Below, piece by piece: positions 40,180 to 57,004 of a stretch of 64,000 bases of DNA. Position 1 is the stretch's first letter; each line of letters opens with the position of its first letter. This DNA is from Dendrobates tinctorius (Eukaryota): NCBI RefSeq assembly GCF_039654945.1, contig NW_027361863.1:8308001-8372000 (forward strand), given 5' to 3'. The notes under the pieces are model-generated. The model ran no database searches. It had not been told where the DNA came from and worked only from the letters and a program-made list of their open reading frames with translations. The position numbers were made by a program, and so were the translations under genes.

Positions 40180-41465
40180 CAATGAAAGTCCTGCTGCTCG
40201 GCTCTACACCGTACCCGCCCACACAATGAAAGTCCTGCTGCTCGGCTCTGCACCGCACCCACCCAAACAATGAAAGTCCCGCTGCTCGGATCTACACCGT
40301 ACCCACCAGAACAATGAAAGTCCCGCTGCTCGGATCTACACCGTACCCACCAGAACAATGAAAGTCCTGCTGCTCGGCTCTACACCGTACCCGCCCACAC
40401 AATGAAAGTCCTGCTGCTCGGCTCTACACCATACCCACCCAAACAATGAAAGTCCTGCTGCTCGGCTCTGCACCGCACCCACCCAAACAATGAAAGTCCC
40501 GCTGCTCGGATCTACACCGTACCCACCAGAACAATGAAAGTCCTGCTGCTCGGCTCTACACCGTACCCACCAGAACAATGAAAGTCCTGCTGCTCGGCTC
40601 TACACCGTACCCGCCCACACAATGAAAGTCCTGCTGCTCGGCTCTACACCGTACCCGCCCACACAATGAAAGTCCTGCTGCTCGGCTCTGCACCGCACCC
40701 ACCCAAACAATGAAAGTCCCGCTGCTCGGATCTACACTGTACTCACCAGAACAATGAAAGTCCCGCTGCTCGGCTCTACACCATACCCGCCCACACAATG
40801 AAAGTCCTGCTGCTCGGCTCTACACCGTACCCGCCCACACAATGAAAGTCCTGCTGCTCGGCTCTGCACCGCACCCACCCAAACAATGAAAGTCCCGCTG
40901 CTCGGATCTACACTGTACTCACCCGAACAATGAAAGTCCCGCTGCTCGGATCTACACCGTACCCACCAGAACAATGAAAGTCCTGCTGCTCGGCTCTACA
41001 CCGTACCCGCCCACACAATGAAAGTCCTGCTGCTCGGCTCTACACCATACCCACCCAAACAATGAAAGTCCTGCTGCTCGGATCTACACCGTACCCACCT
41101 GAACAATGAAAGTCCCGCTGCTCGGATCTACACTGTACTCACCCGAACAATGAAAGTCCTGCTGCTTGGTTCTACACCGTGCCCACCCACATAATGAAAA
41201 CCCTGCTGCTCGGCTCTACACCGCACCCACCCAAACAATAAAACTCCTCCTGCTTGGCTCTACACCGTACCCGCCCGAACAATGAAAGTCCTGCTGCTCA
41301 GCTCTACATTGTACCCACGCATACAATGAAAGTCCTGCTGCTAGGCTCTACACCGTACCCACCCAAACAATGAATGTCCTGTTGCTCGGCTCTACACCAT
41401 ACCCACCAGAACAATGATAGTCCTGCTGCTTGGCTCTACACCGTACCCGCCCATACAATGAAAGT
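40180..41465. repeat. 44-bp minisatellite, about 29 copies
   Basis: Unit ACAATGAAAGTCCTGCTGCTCGGCTCTACACCGTACCCGCCCAC with recurring variant blocks. Confidence 0.95.
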
Positions 41466-42166
41466 GGGAGGAATAGGGCTAAGCAACAGCACATGTTAAA
41501 AAGACTTGGGCATACTAATATATCATAAACTGAACATGAGTCAACAGTGTGATGCAGCAGCAAAAAAGACAAATACAATTCTAGGATGTATTAACGGAAG
41601 CATACAGTCTCGATCATGTGAAGTCATTATTGCCCTCTATTCCTCTTTGGTCAGACCTCATCTGGAATATTGTGTCCAGTTTTGGGCACCACATTTTAAA
41701 AAAACACATCAACAAACTGCAGCAAGTTCAGAAAAGAGCGACCAGAATGGTGACCGGTCTGCAAACCCTGTCTTATGAGGAAAGGTTGCAGGATTTGGGA
41801 ATGTTTAGCTTGCAGAAGAGAAGACTGAGAGGAGACTTAATAGCTGTCTACAAATATCTCAAGGGCTGTCACATTGTAGAAGGATCAACTTTATTCTCAT
41901 TTGCACAAGGAAAGACTAGAAGCAATGGGATGAAACTGAATGGGAGGAGACACAGATTAGATATTAGAAAAAACTTTTTTTACAGAGTGATCAATGAGTG
42001 GAACAGGCTGCCACGAGAGGTGGTGAGTTCTCCTTCCATGGAAGTCTTCAGACAGAGGCTGGACAGACATCAGTCTGGGATGATTTAGTGAATTCTGCTT
42101 TGAGCAGGGGGTTGGACCAGATGGCCCAGGAGGTCCCTTCCAACTCTACGATTCTATGATTCTATG
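41466..42166 (+). mobile_element. CR1 LINE, 5'-truncated 3' end
   Basis: ORF2 C-terminal motifs LVRPHLEYCVQFWAP, RRLRGDLIAVYKY and WNRLP (frameshifted), ending in the diagnostic (ATTCTATG)2 tail. Confidence 0.92.
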
Positions 42167-42619
42167 CTGCTGCTTGGCTCTGCACCGTATCCAAAAATTC
42201 AATCACATAGATTTACGCTGGGTCTGACAAGGTTCTGCGATTTTTGGTAAGAGGAGTAACACTGGGCATATTCTCGTCACCAAAAATCCCATAAATCCTG
42301 AAAAAAGCAAAAGCCGACACGTAGAGTGTGCTCTGTCCTTACACGTTAGCAACTTACTAAATACTCATAGTCAACGCTTAACACGTGCGAGATTTCTCAT
42401 AAGCCTCCGAGGTAGGTGATGAAATCCACCCGGAAAATGCGACTTCCAATATTCCCATTCACAATATTAAGATTACATGAAGAATTATAGGGGGCTCAGA
42501 AAATCAACCAAGCAAACTAATAACACAAAGGATTTATTATTAAGTGAATGCCGGTTTCTTGGGGGTAAAAGCGTCGGAGCTTTGGATCCAAAATACAATA
42601 TTACTCAAGAAGCTGAACC

Positions 42620-43090
42620 TGCACAATCTGGACCAAAAGTAGTAATGGGATTTCCATGTGCGAGTTTGTCACAGTTTGCTGGCTATGGGGCATCAGACCG
42701 GTCAGAGAGGGCCCATGTTGACCCCTGTCCACTGCAAAAGTGTCTACAATTGCAATATGAACACCAGAGCTGGACCACGGAGCAATGGAAGAAGGCAGCT
42801 TGGTCTCAGGAATCATGTTTTACACGACCGGCTGCGTCACCGACCTGGAGAGAAGATGGCCCTAGGATGAACTGTAGGAGGCAGTGTGATGGGGACATGT
42901 TCTGCTGGAAACCTCAGGTCCTGGCATCATGTGGATGTGACACGTACCATCTGTCCAACACCGTGCAGACCAAGTGCGTGACCACAGGAAACAAGTCTGA
43001 TCCATGGAGGCCACAGCTTATGACTTACAGGACTAGATGGCTAGGTTGGTATGGAGGTTTTATTACAAGTAAAAAATATTTAGGACATGG
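42620..43090 (+). mobile_element. Highly decayed Tc1-like transposase relic
   Basis: WTTEQWKKAAWSQESCF resembles the WT.EQWK.V.WSDES.F motif. Confidence 0.5.
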
Positions 43091-43309
43091 AGTCATGCTC
43101 TATACCCCAGCGTGCCGTCCTCTACTTGAAAATCCTCGCTGATTGCATTCCGCGCATTTTACACAAAATTTTACAAGAAAAATTAAAGTATAACATGTAA
43201 TAAATCCCTGAGACAAGCTTCCTATTGTGCACGGAGGCAGCGCGAGACTCTCAGCTGAAGAATGAGCAGCCGGACCCGTGATGGATTAGTCAGTGCGACA
43301 TAATGCATA

Positions 43310-44530
43310 ATATGGACAAAAGTACTAGGACACGCCACCAAGGAATTCTGGTTTATCATTCAGCCCCATCGCCCCCCGTTGTATAACCGCTGCCCCTTGG
43401 TATATAATCTGCAGTCACTTGCCCCCAGTGTGTAACCTCCGGCCCCCTCGCCCCCAGTGTGTAACCTCCGGCCCCCTCGCCCCCAGTGTGTAACATCCGG
43501 CCCCCCGCCATGCCGTTTGCCTTTACTAATATGTGACAGAACGGCTGGTGGGGCAGAGCTCCCTGATACCAGCACGGTCCTGTAATCGGGGACACCAGGG
43601 GAACAAGTCCGTTCAAGACATTTCTTCCCCCCCCCATCACCTGGAAGTGATATTATTTAGAAGTGGAAGTTATCGCAGTAACTCAGCCACGGAGTGGAGA
43701 CCCCTTACCGTAACAGAGAGGGGTTAGTACTGAGGAGCAAAGGGCAGAAGAGTCACCAATGCTTTGCAGACCCCATAATTGCAGAGTCCAGACCTCCTCT
43801 GGTATAACACCAGCACAAACACTGTGCCCTCACCGGGAGCTTCATGGCCGAGCAGCTGCATGCAGCCGTACATCACCAAGCACAATGTTGAGCGTCGGAT
43901 GGAGTGGTGTAAAGCCTGGACTCTGGAGGAGACGTGTCCTGTGCAGTGACAGATCACACTTCTCCATCTGTGTCTGATGGAGGAGTCTGGGTTTGGTGCT
44001 TCCAGAAGAACGTTACCCCCTGTCTGCATTGTGTCCCCTGTACAGATGGTGGAGGATGATGATAATGCTATGGGCTGTTATCAGGGGGCGGCCTCAGTTC
44101 CTTAGTTCCAGTGAAGGCAAATATTAATTTTTCATTACAAGATATTGTGGACAATTGTGGCTTCAGCTTTGTGGGAACAGTTTGGGGTTCGCCTTTTTCT
44201 GTTCCCCATGACTGTGCCCAGTGCACAAGGTCCATACAGACATGGAGGGGGGGGGGGGGGAATGACCGGCCGCACAGAGCCCGGACCTCAGCCCCATCCA
44301 ACAACAATAATTGAGATTGTGAGCCCGGACCACCCAACATCAAGGTCTGTCCTCACAAATGCTCTCCTGGATGAAGGGGCAAAAATTCCCAGACGCCTCC
44401 AAAATCTTCTAGAAATCCTTCCCAGAAGAGCAGGAGCCTTTATATCTGCAGAGGGGCGACTCCATATTAATGTCTATGGATGTAGATTAGGAGGCCATAA
44501 ATGCTCCCATGGGTATCCTGAATGGTAGGT
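43310..44530 (+). mobile_element. Decayed Tc1-like element
   Basis: TATGGACAAAAGTACTAGGACAC TIR-like start; remnants of HDCAPVHK and WPAQSPDLNPI at about 44205-44300. Confidence 0.6.
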
Positions 44531-47500
44531 CTAGGACCTGCCATTTTACACATGCACCACTGTCCCTCTCGGACTATGTAGAAAGCTGCAACTTATTCCA
44601 ATCGGAGCCCGAGAGACCACTTTGCCTTTAAGCACAATACTCCCTTGCACCAAGCAATTATGTAGGATGTGGTCATCTCAGATCTTGGAGAACAGAGAAA
44701 ATGCCAAAATCTTCTGATGATCAAAAAGATCAGAGCACAAAGAGTGAAAACGCAACATCCAGTGGGCCATAGAGGAGAGGAACACACCCAAGAGAATCAA
44801 GGTTAATGCGCCCATCACCTGGCAAATGGCTCCTGGAGATCGAGAGGTCTATCTCCAAAGGGTGGACGTCTCGAATCATTGTAGGCCACATGTTCATCAA
44901 TGTGTGAAATCATTATCAAACTGGCACATAAAATATGGTTGTCACCTGTCATCTCAAAAATAAAGATCGAGTGAATGGAAAGAACATGGAATGAAATCTA
45001 ACCCGACGGCATCAGTAAAGTGCAGAAACAGCGGCTCCACTTCCAAATTCAGAGTTTCCTTTACTTAAACATGAACGGCTGTTTTGTTATTCTAAATAAG
45101 AGCTGTAGATAGCGGAGGATCGATTCCGACTGAGGCGATGGGCGCCGATCCAAAAATCAATAACCAGTGACCGAAGGGCCGCATAAAAGAAAGGAAAATA
45201 GGAGCTCAGCAGATCCAGAACAGTGATAACGCAGCGACGCAGGCAACCAACAACATTACACGGGGCGATAACCAAGGAAAGGCGAAACGGGAGCTTGGGT
45301 AAGGTGAGAAAGCGGGCGATAGAAAGCCGAGACACTCGACACTTTCACTCCGCAATTTGAAGCCACCAAAGCGAGACAGAAAGGGAAAGTCGCTCGGCTG
45401 CTCTGGTTTCATGGTGCGGCGCAAACAAAACGGCTCCGCAGCTCGACATACAAAAGACGCGAGAAGAAGGGACATCTGCGAGTAAAATGCCAGATCAGAA
45501 ATTATACTTCACCAGGAATAATGGAGCCGGATCCTGAAACCATCAGCGAGCTCCACCAACAATCTAATGTCTATCGGAAGTCCTGAGGCGGTGGGGCGAT
45601 AATGCAGGAATATGCTTTCTAAAAGAGTAGCTTTTCTATATCAAGCCTGATGTGAAAAAAGAACCCCCAAACTAACACCCCTACCACTGAGGGGATGGCA
45701 AAATTAAAGGGAATCAGTAGGATCAACCCTCCTAAGGCATGTAGGTCATAGGAAGCTGAACAAAGTGACACCTTGGTGCCTGTGATCCCATGTTTTATTC
45801 CAGAACAATCCACATTATTCTTAACATGTAAATGAGCTGTTAAGATCTATGGGCTGGACATAGATCTCCCTGAGAATCTGCCCGCAAAGCTTATTTTAAA
45901 TAAAGGGGGACTTTACTAGTGTGAGACATGTAATGACTGACAGTCTGTTCTCATAATCACACACAGTTCTGCAGGGCACAGCAGAAGTGAACTTTGTCTC
46001 ATTATAAACATTTATGGCAGCACTTGTCCTCTTAGTGCTGGCAGTTCTGTTGCAGAGCTGTGCATGATTATAACTAACACAGCACACCAGAGGTGAACCT
46101 TGCCTTATTACAAATACAAAAAGCACATTTGCAGTTGTCTTCTTAAACAGGTGTCAGCTTAATTCCCTATAATAAGACATCGCATCACAGATATCAAGTA
46201 TAATTTTACTAAACTTTCTATGACCTATGTTCCCATATAAATGGCTTAAGAGGGTTCATCCTTCTGACAGATACTCTTTTAGGGATGTCATCTATAGGTC
46301 TGGAAAATGAGAGTTTGCAGATCTTCACTTGATAGCTTTGCTCGAAGTCACTGGCAGATCTTCAGTTAAGGGCCTTCAAAAAAAAAGTTCTAGTAGCAGA
46401 ACCTGATTAGAAGAATTACATCTAAGGAGCTGGCCACCCATCACTCACAGCTTTAGACCCACCCTTAAAAACTTTCATCTAAGAGGCTGGTAGGATTTTA
46501 CGCTAAGGCCTTTAAGAGACTGTTCCAGGACTTCACAATGAGCTGTCACAAGAGGGTCTTCACATAAACATTTTTATCTAAGGGTCTGCTAGACCAGCAT
46601 GGTAACAATTGGGTTGCCCAACCTTCAGCATCACCCTTACTAGTTGGGGGCTGTTGGATGTTTTTACAGAGGTTTTCATCTAAGGGGTTTAAGACCCTCA
46701 ATTAGAGTCTATCATCTGAGCTGCCAGAAACTTGCAAATGAACGGCAGGCGCTTGACACGCTCTCCTCCATAAAACATGCCACTTTGGTTCTCCGTGGCA
46801 TCTGGACCAGGGTAATGCGACCTTCCTCGGCTGACACTAGAATACCGGCATCCTGACCACCTTGTTATTAGTTGGCTCCCGCAATGTCATGACTTCACAA
46901 TATGTCCTGATAACATGGGGGCCTAGTTATCACAAGCGCTCAGGATGGCTGAGGGGGTCCACACTGCCCAAATTTGACTGCCACAGAATTTCGAAGAGGA
47001 CACAAAATGTTTTGCTCATCTCTACTAGTCAAGGCACAACCAACTAATGAGATCATTACCAAGCTCTTCTAGATATTTTACAGAAGGGACCCGTGGTTAC
47101 CAGGGGTTTTTGTAGACACCCTTTTGGCAATGTACAGCACTCCTATAAATGGTGAGGGGATCCTATGTTGGTCTGGCACACGGACATGAAAGAGTGGACT
47201 AAAATGTGAAAGTCACATGATTTTTGCAGCCATGTTTGCACATTACAATGAGGGAATAAAAATGCAAGAATCCGCAACCTCTCAGCCAGACGGCTCCTAT
47301 TACTGCTCCGTAAACTAAAAGTCACAAGTCTTAAAAATATAGGGAGCTATTCATCTGACGATACCGGGGGCCATGTAACAGGCAGTTCTGGATGACCAGG
47401 GAGCTTGGGACCACGCACCCTACTGTCTATGGAAAGTCCTGACTTTCCCCTCTGTCCTAGTTCACTTGCAGCCTTGAATAATTGAGAATGAGACATTGGA

Positions 47501-49539
47501 GCGACCGATCCGTCAATGACAGACGGGGAGCAAGCATGAAGGTATGTGCAAAAATCCTGGGAATGTCAAACAGGCATGAGGCGACTGGGTCTCCGCACTC
47601 ACTGCGCACACACTCACGTCAAGTGCATTGCAAGGAGATGACGCAAAGGATGGATGCATGATCTGTCATCAATTACCATTAAGGACCCCGGCTCCTATGC
47701 AGCCAACTCCCACCTGGATCTTTTACGACCGGCCCAAGTAGCACATACAGATGTTGGTATCTCTGCCCTCATGTAACTGTGGCCTTAGGAGATTGGCTCC
47801 AAATGTTAGCATAAATCTATGCCAGGGCACAGCTCCTGTAGACTTAAAGGGGTATTCTGGTTGAAATTAGTTATCACTAGAGATGAGCGAACCGGATGGT
47901 TAGTGTCTAGGGTAAAAGCTGAACACAGATATCTCCCAGAAGTCCATTGCAATGTTCGGAGCTCCGGGGAAGTGACAGTGAAAGAGAGCAAAAGAGAGAG
48001 AAAGTGTTGCTTTGGTGACAATTATATTTTAGTCCTGCCAATAAAGCCTATTTGATTTGAAAGAGGCCAAAAAATGGACCAAAGAAAAGGAGGAGGAAAA
48101 AAAAGGGAGGACAAAAAAAAAAAAAAAAAGGAGGAATAAAAAAAGAAAAAATTTTACAGCTCAAAAGTTCGGGTAAAAGTTCTGGTGCCCAAACCAAACT
48201 TTGGAATAAAGTTTGGGTGGGGTACAAGAACCCAAACTTCCATGGGTCCACTCAGCCACAGTTATCACCTATCGACACCTTACCAGAACAGCGTACTTTC
48301 AACCAAATTAGTAGTGTTTGTCGCAATATAGACGCACAACCACCGCGCCATTCATTCCCCATGGGACGGTTGCTGCACTGTACTTGGCTTTCTCCAGCAG
48401 TTTTCCATTGAATCTCTGCAGAAAACCAGCACCTCTCTCAGTTATTGGACTTTCCAATACTATCAGACTGTGGCAAAACTAGCGATCGCTGATCACAAAC
48501 AGCAGAGATCCAGCCGTAGGACTTCAAATCCCCAGTCGGCGTTCGGCACGACCATCTGTCCACAGACCTGCAAAGTGATATCCTGCTGTTGGGTAATTGC
48601 TGGTTATGAAAATCCCAGGTATAGTAATCTACCATTCAGACAATTCCTAGCACTCGGCGATAAGCCGGTGTGAGACGTAGATGCACAGTGACAAGTACTG
48701 CTGCTGTGGTTTTGGTGGCATTTATACCATTTATCAGTGTCATGTAGACGTGCTCGCCTCATGCAAAAGCACCCAACACAGCCGACGTCATCGGGATAAT
48801 TCTCTCATTATGGAGTAATTCTAATGATACCGGGATCAACACTAAAGGGCTGAGGAGCCAGAATGACATCAGTCCAGAATCTGTCTGCAGAAAGGGATCC
48901 AACGTGACACTCAGGCAGTGCGGGAACCTGAAGTTCATGGGCCCCGATGTACAATCTCCTACAGGGCCCCCCAGCTAGCACAGGTCATTAATAGTATTGG
49001 TCTTTCATATAGGCCAAAGGGACCGCACGGTCCAGACCCAGGAGTTGTGGGCACCATCAGGTAATGGGCATCCAGAACAGAAGGGTTTGAAATTAAAGGA
49101 GAAACATCATCTGTGCCACCAGCTAAAGGGGAATCTAGGAGGTCCATATGCCCCAAACTAATGTGGAACCAAGTATCCATCTATGCTGCCACCTACCATA
49201 AATGTGAGCTAAGGACCTCTGTGCGCTGTCCGCTAAAGAGCAACCCAGCAGTCATGTGTGCAGTCAGCTAATGATGAATCCAGATCAGCACCTTGTCACC
49301 AAGTTAAAGGGGGACCAGAGTCCTGTGTGCCATCAGGCAAAGGGAATGCAAGGACCCCTGTATGCTGCCTGCCGAGCATGAACTCAAGACTCTCGTGTGC
49401 CACCACCTACAGGAAAACCGAGGAGCCCCCGATGCTGCAACGATGAATCAAACTCGGCACTGCACTGACAGATACAGGAGAATCAAGGAGCCCGTGTTTC
49501 ACCAGACAGCCGGGATCCTAGTAGTCGTTTTTGTGACAC

Positions 49540-50560
49540 CAGCTACAGGAGAACCCAAGAGACCCCAATGCCGCCAGCTACAAGAGAACCCTGGAGCCCC
49601 CTGTACCACCAGATAAATAGGAACCAAGGAGACCTGTGTGCCGCCAGCTAATTATGTATCCAGATCAGCAATGTGCTACCAGCAGCAGGAGAACCCAGAA
49701 GGCCCCTGCACCACCAGGTAGATGGGAACCTTGGAATCTTGTGCGCCACCAGCTACAAAGAGAACCCAGAACCCTCCCCCCTGTGCTGCCAGCTAATGAT
49801 GAATCCTGATCAGCACTGCCAGCTACAGGAGAACCAAGGAGTCCTGTGTGCCGCCAGCTACAGGAGAACCCAGGAGCCCCCTGCACCAGCGGGTAGACTG
49901 GAGCCCAAGGGCCCCCGGCGCTGCTAGTTACAGGAGAACCCAGAAGGCTCCTGCACCACCAGGTAGATGGGAACCTTGGAATCTTGTGCGCCACCAGCTA
50001 CAAAGAGAACCCAGAACCCTCCCCCCCGTGCTGCCAGCTAATGATGAATCCTGATCAGCACTGCCAGCTACAGGAGAACCAAGGAGTCCTGTGTGCCGCC
50101 AGCTACAGGAGAACCCAGGAGCCCCCTGCACCAGCGGGTAGACTGGAGCCCAAGGGCCCCCGGCGCTGCTAGTTACAGGAGAACCCAGAAGGCTCCTGCA
50201 CCACCAGGTAGATGGGAACCTTGGAGTCTTGTGTGCCCCCAGCAACAGGAGAACCCATGAGCTCCCGATGCCACCAGATAGATGGGAACTAAGAAGTCCT
50301 GTGTGCCGCCAGCTACAGGAGAACTCAGGAGCCCCCTGTACCACCAGGCAAATGGGAACCTAAGAGCCCCCCCATTTCGCCAGCTAATGATGAATCCACA
50401 CCAGCACTGTGCTGCCAGCGACAAGGAGAATCCAGGAGCCCCAGATGCCTCCAGATAAATGGGAACCGAGGAGCCAGAGTGCCGCCAGCTAATGGAGGAT
50501 GCAGATCAGCCCTGCGCTGCCAGTTAATTTAACTCCCAGGAGCCCCCTGTACCGCTAGAA
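49540..50560. repeat. Complex tandem repeat: 245-bp recent duplication (about 2.3 copies) built on GCCAGCTACAGGAGAACCC subunits
   Basis: Equivalent blocks start at 49741, 49986 and 50231. Confidence 0.8.
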
Positions 50561-51054
50561 GTCTTGTATGTGGACGCCCGATGAACTTAATCCAGATGAT
50601 CCTTATCGAACAGGCTCGTATAAAGGGGGAACCAGGGGCCCGAGCAGTGACAACAGGAACTTCATTAACCCCTTCATAGCAAAATCATGACACATCCTTC
50701 CCACAGTGTGAGACTCAGCAGACGCGGATGTGCAGCCGGATCACAGGGCGATCGTGTGACTCAGGACACATGATACAACCAAGGCGTGAAGACTCAGACT
50801 GTCCTCAGCGGGGTCGCTCTACAATAGCAGGGGGGGGGGTCGCTCTACAATGGCATTGGGGGGGTCACTCTGTAATAACAGTCGCTCTATAATAGCGGAG
50901 TCACTCTATAGCAACACTTTCTGCAGTTTTCTAACCTTCTTGCTACATTAATGCACATTCTCTGCTTGCTGCCAGTGACTGGAGACGCCATAGATCCTTG
51001 TGGATGTGACTGGAGCAGCCCGCCTGCTCTGATGCAGCTGGGGCCAATCACTGA

Positions 51055-53579
<2,525 letters not shown>

Positions 53580-53580
<1 letters not shown>

Positions 53581-53667
53581 CGGGGGAGGGGGGTGAAGGA
53601 GACAGGAGCAGAGCCAGGACTGAGCGGCGAGGTGTATGGAGAGCCCCGAGGGCCACAAGCCGGAACT
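53580..53667 (+). other. Candidate first exon of a divergent gene (MORN4 by synteny; unconfirmed)
   Basis: ACT|GTAAGT consensus donor at 53667/53668 after a CpG-rich promoter. It contains an ATG at 53636 (MESPEGHKPEL..). No further recognisable exon lies in the window. Confidence 0.5.
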
Positions 53668-53726
53668 GTAAGTGTCCAACACCCTGCCTGCCCCTAGTGG
53701 GAGATTCACCGACGTGTGAGCGTCAC

Positions 53727-56440
53727 CTGCTGCCGCCCTAGTGTCTGTGCCGCTGCTGCTGCCGCCCTAGTGTCTGTGCCGCTGCTGCTGCCGCCCTAGT
53801 GTCTTTGCCGCTGCTGCTGCCGCCCTAGTGTCTGTGCCGCTGCTGCTGCCGCCCTAGTGTCTGTGCCGCTGCTGCTGCCGCCCTAGTGTCTGTGCCGCTG
53901 CTGCTGCCGCCCTAGTGTCTGTGCCGCTGCTGCTGCCGCCCTAGTGTCTGTGCCGCTGCTGCTGCCGCCCTAGTGTCTGTGCCGCTGCTGCTGCCGCCCT
54001 AGTGTCTGTGCCGCTGCTGCTGCCGTCCTAGTGTCTGTGCCGCTGCTGCTGCCGCCCTAGTGTCTGTGCCGCTGCTGCTGCCGCCCTAGTGTCTGTGCCG
54101 CTGCTGCTGCCGCCCTAGTGTCTGTGCCGCTGCTGCTGCCGCCCTAGTGTCTGTGCCGCTGCTGCTGCCGCCCTAGTGTCTGTGCCGCTGCTGCTGCCGC
54201 CCTAGTGTCTGTGCCGCTGCTGCTGCCGCCCTAGTGTCTGTGCCGCTGCTGCTGCCGCCCTAGTGTCTGTGCCGCTGCTGCTGCCGCCCTAGTGTCTGTG
54301 CCGCTGCTGCTGCCGCCCTAGTGTCTGTGCCGCTGCTGCTGCCCTAGTGTCTGTGCCGCTGCTGCTGCCCTAGTGTCTGTGCCGCTGCTGCTGCCCTAGT
54401 GTCTGTGCCGCTGCCGTCCTAGTGTCTGTGCCGCTGCTGCTGCCCTAGTGTCTGTGCCGCTGCCGTCCTAGTGTCTGTGCCGCTGCTGCTGCCCTAGTGT
54501 CTGTGCCGCTGCTGCCCTAGTGTCTGTGCCGCTGCTGCCCTAGTGTCTGTGCCGCTGCTGCCCTAGTGTCTGTGCCGCTGCCGTCCTAGTGTCTGTGCCG
54601 CTGCTGCTGCCCTAGTGTCTGTGCCGCTGCCCTAGTGTCTGTGCCGCTGCTGCTGCCCTAGTGTCTGTGCCGCTGCTGCTGCCGCCCTAGTGTCTGTGCC
54701 GCTGCTGCTGCCGCCCTAGTGTCTGTGCCGCTGCCCTAGTGTCTGTGCCGCTGCTGCCGCCCTAGTGTCTGTGCCGCTGCTGCTGCCGCCCTAGTGTCTG
54801 TGCCGCTGCTGCTGCCGCCCTAGTGTCTGTGCCGCTGCTGCTGCCGCCCTAGTGTCTGTGCCGCTGCTGCTGCCGCCCTAGTGTCTGTGCCGCTGCTGCT
54901 GCCGCCCTAGTGTCTGTGCCGCTGCTGCTGCCGCCCTAGTGTCTGTGCCGCTGCTGCTGCCGCCCTAGTGTCTGTGCCGCTGCTGCTGCCGCCCTAGTGT
55001 CTGTGCCGCTGCTGCTGCCGCCCTAGTGTCTGTGCCGCTGCTGCTGCCGCCCTAGTGTCTGTGCCGCTGCTGCTGCCGCCCTAGTGTCTGTGCCGCTGCT
55101 GCTGCCGCCCTAGTGTCTGTGCCGCTGCTGCTGCCGCCCTAGTGTCTGTGCCGCTGCTGCTGCCCTAGTGTCTGTGCCGCTGCTGCTGCCCTAGTGTCTG
55201 TGCCGCTGCTGCTGCCCTAGTGTCTGTGCCGCTGCTGCTGCCCTAGTGTCTGTGCCGCTGCCGTCCTAGTGTCTGTGCCGCTGCTGCTGCCCTAGTGTCT
55301 GTGCCGCTGCCGTCCTAGTGTCTGTGCCGCTGCTGCTGCCCTAGTGTCTGTGCCGCTGCTGCCCTAGTGTCTGTGCCGCTGCTGCCCTAGTGTCTGTGCC
55401 GCTGCTGCCCTAGTGTCTGTGCCGCTGCTGCCCTAGTGTCTGTGCCGCTGCCGTCCTAGTGTCTGTGCCGCTGCTGCTGCCCTAGTGTCTGTGCCGCTGC
55501 CCTAGTGTCTGTGCCGCTGCTGCTGCCCTAGTGTCTGTGCCGCTGCTGCTGCCCTAGTGTCTGTGCCGCTGCTGCTGCCCTAGTGTCTGTGCCGCTGCTG
55601 CTGCCCTAGTGTCTGTGCCGCTGCTGCTGCCCTAGTGTCTGTGCCGCTGCTGCTGCCCTAGTGTCTGTGCCGCTGCCGTCCTAGTGTCTGTGCCGCTGCT
55701 GCTGCCGCCCTAGTGTCTGTGCCGCTGCTGCTGCTGCCCTAGTGTCTGTGCCGCTGCTGCTGCCCTAGTGTCTGTGCCGCTGCTGCTGCCCTAGTGTCTG
55801 TGCCGCTGCTGCTGCCCTAGTGTCTGTGCCGCTGCTGCTGCCCTAGTGTCTGTGCCGCTGCTGCTGCCCTAGTGTCTGTGCCGCTGCTGCTGCCCTAGTG
55901 TCTGTGCCGCTGCTGCCGCCCTAGTGTCTGTGCCGCTGCTGCCGCCCTAGTGTCTGTGCCGCTGCCGCCGCCCTAGTGTCTGTGCCGCTGCCGCCGCCCT
56001 AGTGTCTGTGCCGCTGCCGCCGCCCTAGTGTCTGTGCCGCCGCCCTAGTGTCTGTGCCGCCGCCCTAGTGTCTGTGCCGCCGCCCTAGTGTCTGTGCCGC
56101 CGCCCTAGTGTCTGTGCTGCCGCCCTAGTGTCTGTGCCGCTGCTGCCGCCCTAGTGTCTGTGCCGCTGCTGCCGCCCTAGTGTCTGTGCCGCTGCTGCCG
56201 CCCTAGTGTCTGTGCCGCTGCTGCCGCCCTAGTGTCTGTGCCGCTGCTGCCGCCCTAGTGTCTGTGCCGCTGCTGCCGCCCTAGTGTCTGTGCCGCTGCC
56301 GCCGCCCTAGTGTCTGTGCCGCCGCCCTAGTGTCTGTGCCGCCGCCCTAGTGTCTGTGCTGCCGCCCTAGTGTCTGTGCCGCTGCTGCCGCCCTAGTGTC
56401 TGTGCCGCTGCTGCCTGTGTGTCTGTGCTGCCGCTGCCCA
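53727..56440. repeat. About 2.7-kb minisatellite, 20-32-bp units CCTAGTGTCTGTGCC(GCT)n(GCC)m, about 100 copies
   Basis: Direct reading; unit length varies in 3-bp steps. Confidence 0.96.
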
Positions 56441-57004
56441 GGTCTTTGGCTGCCTGCACTCGCTCTGGGGAGGGGTGACGTGGCCGCCTGCGCTTGTTCT
56501 TATTGCCTTTTTAACACAATAAGTTGCATGTTCCATTAACAAGTCACAAAACTTGTGTTACAGATAAAAAGTGAACACATAAAAGAGACTTAAGATAAAT
56601 AGATGCAAATGAAAAAAACACACCCCCCCCACCCCGTTCCAGCTCATTATATTATGCAGTTGTTGATGTTGTGCTCCGTCCCCAGGGGATACTTTGTTGG
56701 AATAATTTCGGGCTTTGTGGTTTTGCTTTACCTGCTGTTTCGCTGTCCACACAAGAGCTGCGTTTTGTATTTATGGGCCGCGGTTCTACACTTAGCCGTA
56801 AGAGAATGTTCACACTGCGTATTTTTCTGCCATTTATATGAGCAGGTCCACCAAAAAAATGGCAGAAAAAGCGCTAACAAAACTATCAAAAGAGCGGTGC
56901 TATTAATACCAATGTGAAAACGACTCGCTGGTCACAGTCAAATAGTCAGAATTGAGAGTCCTCAGTGGTTGATACCTTTTAATGGCGAACTGAAAAGATG
57001 GTAA

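Noticed and set aside
44590-45480. Possible decayed L1/Tx1-like LINE on the minus strand (also about 31560-32040)
   Set aside because: Only faint YRPISL/KILA-like remnants are visible; boundaries and class cannot be supported without alignment.
46240-46730. Recurring CATCTAAG(G/A)G motif suggesting an old tandem repeat
   Set aside because: Too degenerate to define a period by eye.
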